Below, piece by piece: positions 59,131-64,000 of a stretch of DNA of 64,000 nucleotides. Under the pieces are notes generated by a model. The model made no database searches, was not told the DNA's origin, and was given only the letters and a program-made list of their open reading frames with translations. The first letter of the stretch is position 1, and every line of letters begins with the position of its first letter. The translations under genes were made by a program, and so were the position numbers. Source of the DNA: Spirochaetota bacterium (GTDB lineage: Bacteria; Spirochaetota; UBA4802; UBA5550); NCBI GenBank assembly GCA_050298055.1, contig JBNKTL010000006.1, forward strand, positions 2,851 to 66,850, given 5' to 3'.

Positions 59131-60705
59131 CTATTGTGAGTATTTATCCCGGTACTTAGAAGGGGACACTCCAATAAGATTCTGAAAGACCCTGTAGAAG
59201 GTTGAAAGATTTTCAAAGCCCGTATGAAAGGCAATATCGATGACCTTTTTGTCCGAATGGACCAGGAGCTCCCTGGCCTCCATGATTCTCAGGTTGTTGA
59301 TATATTCGCTGATCTTAAAACCGGTATATTCTCTGAATAGTTTTCCCAGGTAGTCCGTGTTCATCTCGACATACTCGGCAAGACCCTCCCGTGATATATC
59401 TGAATTATAATTCTTCTCAAGGTAATTGAGAACTTTATCAAGTTTTTCCCTGGTTTCATCTGTAACAGAGGTCTTCATGCTCTTCTTCCTCCGGATATCC
59501 ATTAACTCCGTGTAAAGCCGGTTAAACCTCTTTCTCATGAGTACAGCTGTACCGATTATGACAACCAGGAAGCTGTAAATTGAAAGCCGGGGGAAATCGT
59601 AAATTCTCCTGTCCACCAGTATATCGTTAATAATGACAATCCATACCACGGGAAAAGCATAAAGAACATATTTGGCATCTTCATCATCCCTGTACTCTTT
59701 GACTGCAACGTAAATAAAATAACCCAGGGGGATTAACCAGGACGGCTCGACAACAGTATAGAAAACCCTGTTCCATAAGACATAATCTGCTTTTATAATA
59801 ACAGGGACAAGAGAAATCAGTGTGATAATGATATAGAGATAGTGGAAAAGAGTATGTCTTCTCCTGAAATAGAATGTAAAAAACTCCATCATAAATACCA
59901 GTATAATAAAGAGGTGAATATATTCTATTCGTTTAAGGAGGAGGAAATTGTCTGTGAGTAAATACTTTATCTGGGTCCTCAGGAACAGGTAAACAGCGGT
60001 ACTGGATGTAAGAAGTGAAAAGAAAAGGTACTCCTTATCTTCGGATTTTCTTACAAAGATAATTCCGAAATATAAAGCGACAACGAGATATATTATCACA
60101 AAGAAGGAATCGGAGAATTCCTTTACGAGAATATTTTCCTGAAGCTTGCTGAACCTTTCAATAACGAATGTACCGGTATAGGGACCTGCTTCATGGGGAA
60201 AGAGCCCGGCTATTCTTACGGCAAAGATGTTTTCAGAACCCGGTTTAATATATTTTGTGGGAATTTCATATATTCTCTTCCTGTCGTAAGATGACTTTCG
60301 GTCAGGGGGGAAAGATCCCGTCTTTCCAATAAGATGTCCGTTGAAATAGATTTCGTCGACATCAGAGATAATACCAAGGGATATCCCCGGGGAACTGTCA
60401 GGAAGTTCTTCGGGAAAACTCACATGTATCCTGTACCAGCAGATACCCTTCCATCCGGGATACTTTTTGTTCCAGCTGGAGGGGAGTGAGACCGTATCCC
60501 AGCCGTTATCGTCATAGTGAATTTTACTGTAGAGAGGATCATCACCTTTTTTAATCAGTACAACATCTTTACCTGAAAAATCAACGGCTTTATTGTAATT
60601 TTCAATATTTATAACAGGTCCGGAGAAGAGAGTTCCTGATGTCAGGAGAATAATCAGAGTGATTTTTACAAACAGGTAATACATACGGGAAAAGAGATAA
60701 TACAA
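59131..60705 (-). CDS. Membrane-bound AraC regulator (sugar-binding beta-sandwich + 7TM + HTH)
   Basis: DD..W..V.LP..W, WYR, DEIYFNG..IG; multiple TM helices; AraC HTH IA...GFENLSTFYRVF....GVSPSKYR. Confidence 0.9.
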   Translation of the reverse strand: MYYLFSRMYYLFVKITLIILLTSGTLFSGPVINIENYNKAVDFSGKDVVLIKKGDDPLYSKIHYDDNGWDTVSLPSSWNKKYPGWKGICWYRIHVSFPEELPDSSPGISLGIISDVDEIYFNGHLIGKTGSFPPDRKSSYDRKRIYEIPTKYIKPGSENIFAVRIAGLFPHEAGPYTGTFVIERFSKLQENILVKEFSDSFFVIIYLVVALYFGIIFVRKSEDKEYLFFSLLTSSTAVYLFLRTQIKYLLTDNFLLLKRIEYIHLFIILVFMMEFFTFYFRRRHTLFHYLYIIITLISLVPVIIKADYVLWNRVFYTVVEPSWLIPLGYFIYVAVKEYRDDEDAKYVLYAFPVVWIVIINDILVDRRIYDFPRLSIYSFLVVIIGTAVLMRKRFNRLYTELMDIRRKKSMKTSVTDETREKLDKVLNYLEKNYNSDISREGLAEYVEMNTDYLGKLFREYTGFKISEYINNLRIMEARELLVHSDKKVIDIAFHTGFENLSTFYRVFQNLIGVSPSKYRDKYSQ

Positions 60706-60854
60706 ATAAAAAATTTGTCAAGGGAGAAATAGATAATGATGATGATTATTTTAAATAACACATCAACATTAAATCATTATACGGACCAATAATTATTGAC
60801 AATAAAACGCTTATCCTGTTAATTATTATTCTAAAAATAATTTGTGTTTTTTGA

Positions 60855-61235
60855 ATGATGAAAATCAACCTGTTAAATACGGAAAAATCTGTAAACGATG
60901 AAAATGATTACAATGAGCTTATTTATGTAATCAATTCATCAGATGTCCTTGATACGGGAAAAGATGAAGAGATGTATATCCTTCTGCAGACAATTGCAAA
61001 CGCAGGTGCAAAAAAAATAATCATTAATATGGAAAACATGGATTTTATTGACAGCAAGGGAATTGCGGTACTTATCAGCGCTGCCAAGGTGACGAGAAAA
61101 AATGAAGGTGATCTTGTCTTAATTGATGTCCCTGATCATATAAAATCAATCTTCAAGCCCATAAACCTTCAGCGCTTTATAAAAATATTTGATTCGGAAG
61201 AACAGGCCATAAAAGAACTTAAAATTATTATCTGA
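60855..61235 (+). CDS. STAS domain anti-sigma factor antagonist
   Basis: IINMENMDFIDSKGIAVL, GDLVL. Confidence 0.88.
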   Translation: MMKINLLNTEKSVNDENDYNELIYVINSSDVLDTGKDEEMYILLQTIANAGAKKIIINMENMDFIDSKGIAVLISAAKVTRKNEGDLVLIDVPDHIKSIFKPINLQRFIKIFDSEEQAIKELKIII

Positions 61236-61251
61236 CTTATTGATCTGAAAT

Positions 61252-61641
61252 ATGGATATACAATTTGACATCATAAATATATCACCGGTCCATCACGCTG
61301 AAATAGACTATTCCCTGATCATATTTAATATCGAAATCCCCGGCGAACTGATCATTGATAACTCAAACGTTTACTGGATCTTCCTGAAGACGCTTATTGA
61401 AGGAGGTGCCCGGAAGATTCTCCTCAACATGGAAAAGGTTGAATATATTGACAGTTCCGGGATTGGGATGATTATCAACATCACCAAGCTTATCAGGAGT
61501 AACAGCGGAGACCTCATTCTTGCCTCTGTTTCCAAAGATACAATGAAAATACTGAACATTGTCAGCCTGCAGGAATTCATCAAGGTTTTCAAAAACGAAC
61601 CTGAAGCAGTTAACTATTTCAGATATATCAACAGGGCATAA
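61252..61641 (+). CDS. STAS domain anti-sigma factor antagonist
   Basis: LLNMEKVEYIDSSGIG, GDLIL. Confidence 0.9.
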   Translation: MDIQFDIINISPVHHAEIDYSLIIFNIEIPGELIIDNSNVYWIFLKTLIEGGARKILLNMEKVEYIDSSGIGMIINITKLIRSNSGDLILASVSKDTMKILNIVSLQEFIKVFKNEPEAVNYFRYINRA

Positions 61642-61682
61642 GGAAATACAGAGTCACATGAATCCCTCAGATGATACAAAGG

Positions 61683-61771
61683 AAGACCCCCTAACCCCCT
61701 AAGGGGGCACAAGAGTGTTTAGAAAAGAGTCTTACGCCCCCTCAGGGGTGAACTGGGGGATGGGGCTTAAA
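61683..61771. repeat. G/C-tract REP-like dyad, copy C
   Basis: AAGACCCCCTAACCCCCTAAGGGGGCACAAGA...TCTTACGCCCCCTCAGGGG...GGGGGATGGGGCTTAAA. Confidence 0.75.
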
Positions 61772-61786
61772 CAAGGAGGACAGGGA

Positions 61787-62095
61787 ATGATAGTAACCAC
61801 TGTTGCGGTTTATGTGAAGGAGAGCTATCGGGACGACTTTATCACTGCCACACTTGATAACCATAAAAATTCACTCAAAGAGCCGGGAAACCTCAGGTTT
61901 GATGTTCTCCAGAACATTGAGGACCCGAACCGTTTCACCCTCTATGAGGCATATGAATCTGAAGAAGCGGCGGCAGCTCACAAGGAGACCGGGCACTACC
62001 TCAGGTGGAGAGAGACCGTTGCAGACTGGATGGAAAAACCAAGGGAGGGGACTCCCCACAGGGTCCTGGCACCGGACATCTCAAAATGGAGATAA
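61787..62095 (+). CDS. ABM-domain protein (LsrG-like)
   Basis: AGGAGG RBS; EPGNLRFDVLQ, F.LYEAY, AHKET.HY..WR..V..WM..PR. Confidence 0.88.
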   Translation: MIVTTVAVYVKESYRDDFITATLDNHKNSLKEPGNLRFDVLQNIEDPNRFTLYEAYESEEAAAAHKETGHYLRWRETVADWMEKPREGTPHRVLAPDISKWR

Positions 62096-63264
62096 AGCCG
62101 TTTGTTTTCAGAGGTGTACCCGCTGTTGAATACGGACCGGGAATAATAAAAGACCTCAACCGTCATATTAATAAATTCGGTGAGAGGATACTGCTGATCA
62201 CGGGAAGATCTTCTCTGCAGTCATCGGGGAAATTTGAGTTTATCACAGAACTTCTGAAAGATACGGGTATTTCCTTCAGCCATGTCATGATAAGCGGAGA
62301 ACCCTCGCCGGAGCTGGTTGACGAAGTCGTATCTGCACACAGGAAGGGGAACATCCACGCGGTAGTGAGTATAGGCGGCGGGAGCGTTATGGATGCCGGC
62401 AAGGCCATTTCAGCAATGCTCACAAAAAAGGACTCTGTTTTCGATTATCTGGAAGGTGTGGGGACAGGGAAGGTCCATGACGGAAAGAGACTTCCTCATA
62501 TCGCCATCCCCACCACGGCAGGAACAGGAAGCGAAGCCACAAAAAACGCCGTACTCAGCAGTACGGGAAAGAACGGATTTAAAAAGTCACTGAGGCATAA
62601 TAATTTCATTCCCGATGTTGCCCTGCTCGATCCCGAACTTACGCGGGAATGTCCCCCGGACATTACGGCAGCAAGCGGCCTCGATGCCTTCACGCAGCTT
62701 CTCGGCTCCTACCTGTCACCGGAAGCATCGCCCATGACCGATGCTCTTGCCCTTCAGGGGCTGAAGCTCGTAACCTCTTCCCTGATCCGGGTATGCACCG
62801 ATAAACCCCATGATGTTAATCTCAGGGGAATGATGCTCACCGGGGCCTTCCTCTCCGGTATCACTCTTGCAAATGCGGGACTTGGTATTGTACACGGCCT
62901 GGCATCGGTCATAGGAGGATTTTTCACCGTCCCCCACGGTGTGGTGTGCGGTACACTGGTGGGCGAAGCCGTAAAGACAAATATCCTTTCATTGATGGAA
63001 TCGGGAGAAAGGACCTTTCTTACTAAATACAGTCACGTAGGCGCTATGGTATCTGACTGCAATTCGTCGGATGTAAATACATGCTGCGATGCACTGGTTA
63101 TTACACTGGAAAAGTGGATACGCAGCCTGAAAATTCCGAAGCTTGGAGAGTACGGGATAGAGGAGAAAGACCTGGATAAAATAGTCAACTCCTCATCCAA
63201 TAAAAATAACCCGGTAAAACTCTCACCGGAACAGATAAAGAGAATGTTGAATAACAGGCTCTGA
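62086..63264 (+). CDS. Iron-containing alcohol dehydrogenase
   Basis: GGGSVMDAGKA, PTTAGTGSEAT, DAFTQL, LANAGLG.VHG, PHG. Confidence 0.93.
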   Translation: MEIKPFVFRGVPAVEYGPGIIKDLNRHINKFGERILLITGRSSLQSSGKFEFITELLKDTGISFSHVMISGEPSPELVDEVVSAHRKGNIHAVVSIGGGSVMDAGKAISAMLTKKDSVFDYLEGVGTGKVHDGKRLPHIAIPTTAGTGSEATKNAVLSSTGKNGFKKSLRHNNFIPDVALLDPELTRECPPDITAASGLDAFTQLLGSYLSPEASPMTDALALQGLKLVTSSLIRVCTDKPHDVNLRGMMLTGAFLSGITLANAGLGIVHGLASVIGGFFTVPHGVVCGTLVGEAVKTNILSLMESGERTFLTKYSHVGAMVSDCNSSDVNTCCDALVITLEKWIRSLKIPKLGEYGIEEKDLDKIVNSSSNKNNPVKLSPEQIKRMLNNRL

Positions 63265-63273
63265 ATACAGATA

Positions 63274-64000
63274 TTACCACTCGCTCTTCAGCCTGCACGA
63301 CTGGCCCCTTGCGTTATAGATCTTGATCTCCTCAATGGCTTTGATGCCGGCTTTAAAGTGGAGTTCTGTATATTTTCTGAACACCTCGTCCGCACTCTCC
63401 TTGCTTTTTATGCCTCCTTTTAAAAGAGGCATATCGGAAATAAGCATAATCGCCCCGATGGGAAGATTGAGGGCATAGGCTACGGAGAAGAGTGTGGCTA
63501 TCTCCATGTCGATTGCCAGTATCCTGTGTTTCAGGATGTAGTCTATGAACCCCCTGTCAAACTCCCACATCCTGTAGTCTGTGGTGAGCATGATACCCGA
63601 CTTGGGAACAACCTTCAGGTCGTTTTCAATGACCTTTTCACAGATACGGTTGATCCAGAAACTTGGCTGGGCAGGCACATTCTGCTGAAGATAATGCTTG
63701 CTTGTCCCTTCGTCACGTACACTTGCCGTGGGAATAAGAAGATCTCCAATCCGCAGTTTTTCATCTATTCCTCCGCACATCCCCAGCATGAGAACAGACT
63801 GTACATTCTTTATATATGAAATGCAGTGTGTAACGATCCCCGCAGAGGGAGATCCCACACCAAAGTTTATGATTGAAATATCCTTCTCCCTGTCATGTGC
63901 AGACGACCAGTACCCGGAGATAATGGGTGCGCCGGTTATCTCTGAAAAATATTCGATGTACCTTTCAAAATTAACAAGGATCACATGTGATCCGAAATCA
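63274..64000 (-). CDS. amn: AMP nucleosidase (short type), 5' end outside window
   Basis: Frame open to the window end (DFGSHVILVNF); INFGVGSP, GMCGG, RDEGTS..Y, IDMEIATLF, ISDMP. Confidence 0.85.
   Translation of the reverse strand, partial: DFGSHVILVNFERYIEYFSEITGAPIISGYWSSAHDREKDISIINFGVGSPSAGIVTHCISYIKNVQSVLMLGMCGGIDEKLRIGDLLIPTASVRDEGTSKHYLQQNVPAQPSFWINRICEKVIENDLKVVPKSGIMLTTDYRMWEFDRGFIDYILKHRILAIDMEIATLFSVAYALNLPIGAIMLISDMPLLKGGIKSKESADEVFRKYTELHFKAGIKAIEEIKIYNARGQSCRLKSEW

Noticed and set aside
1..64000. Alternative genetic code or stop-codon readthrough
   Set aside because: Recognisable genes are full length and end at TAA, TAG or TGA normally.

Overview
Bacterial chromosomal window of mostly housekeeping and signalling genes. 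Gene content (mreBCD-mrdA-rodA, queC, comF, bactofilin, a DUF1554 lipoprotein, several STAS/SpoIIE proteins, aldehyde:ferredoxin oxidoreductase) suggests an anaerobic, Leptospirae-like spirochaete; this is inference only. It carries nitrogen-assimilation genes (an ACT-domain-fused glnE cut by the window start, type I glnA), a GAF-GGDEF protein, an MCP, an HD-GYP protein, a class I adenylate cyclase, two toxin-antitoxin loci, mntH-usp and an HK-REC-SpoIIE hybrid. I saw no rRNA, tRNA, CRISPR array, integrase or transposase. The most notable observations are: (1) an orphan SbtA-like (selenopeptide RiPP precursor-like) ORF whose expected Sec codon reads GGA and is followed by a hairpin; (2) a ~140-bp MITE/REP-like family with a fixed-position 35-bp hairpin, one hairpin-less copy of which sits in the glnA leader; (3) a 7-Cys insertion inside the MCP HAMP domain; (4) an FN3-DUF1554 lipoprotein / beta-barrel-TPR / kinase-phosphatase cassette. 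All family calls come from motif recognition by eye, not database searches.
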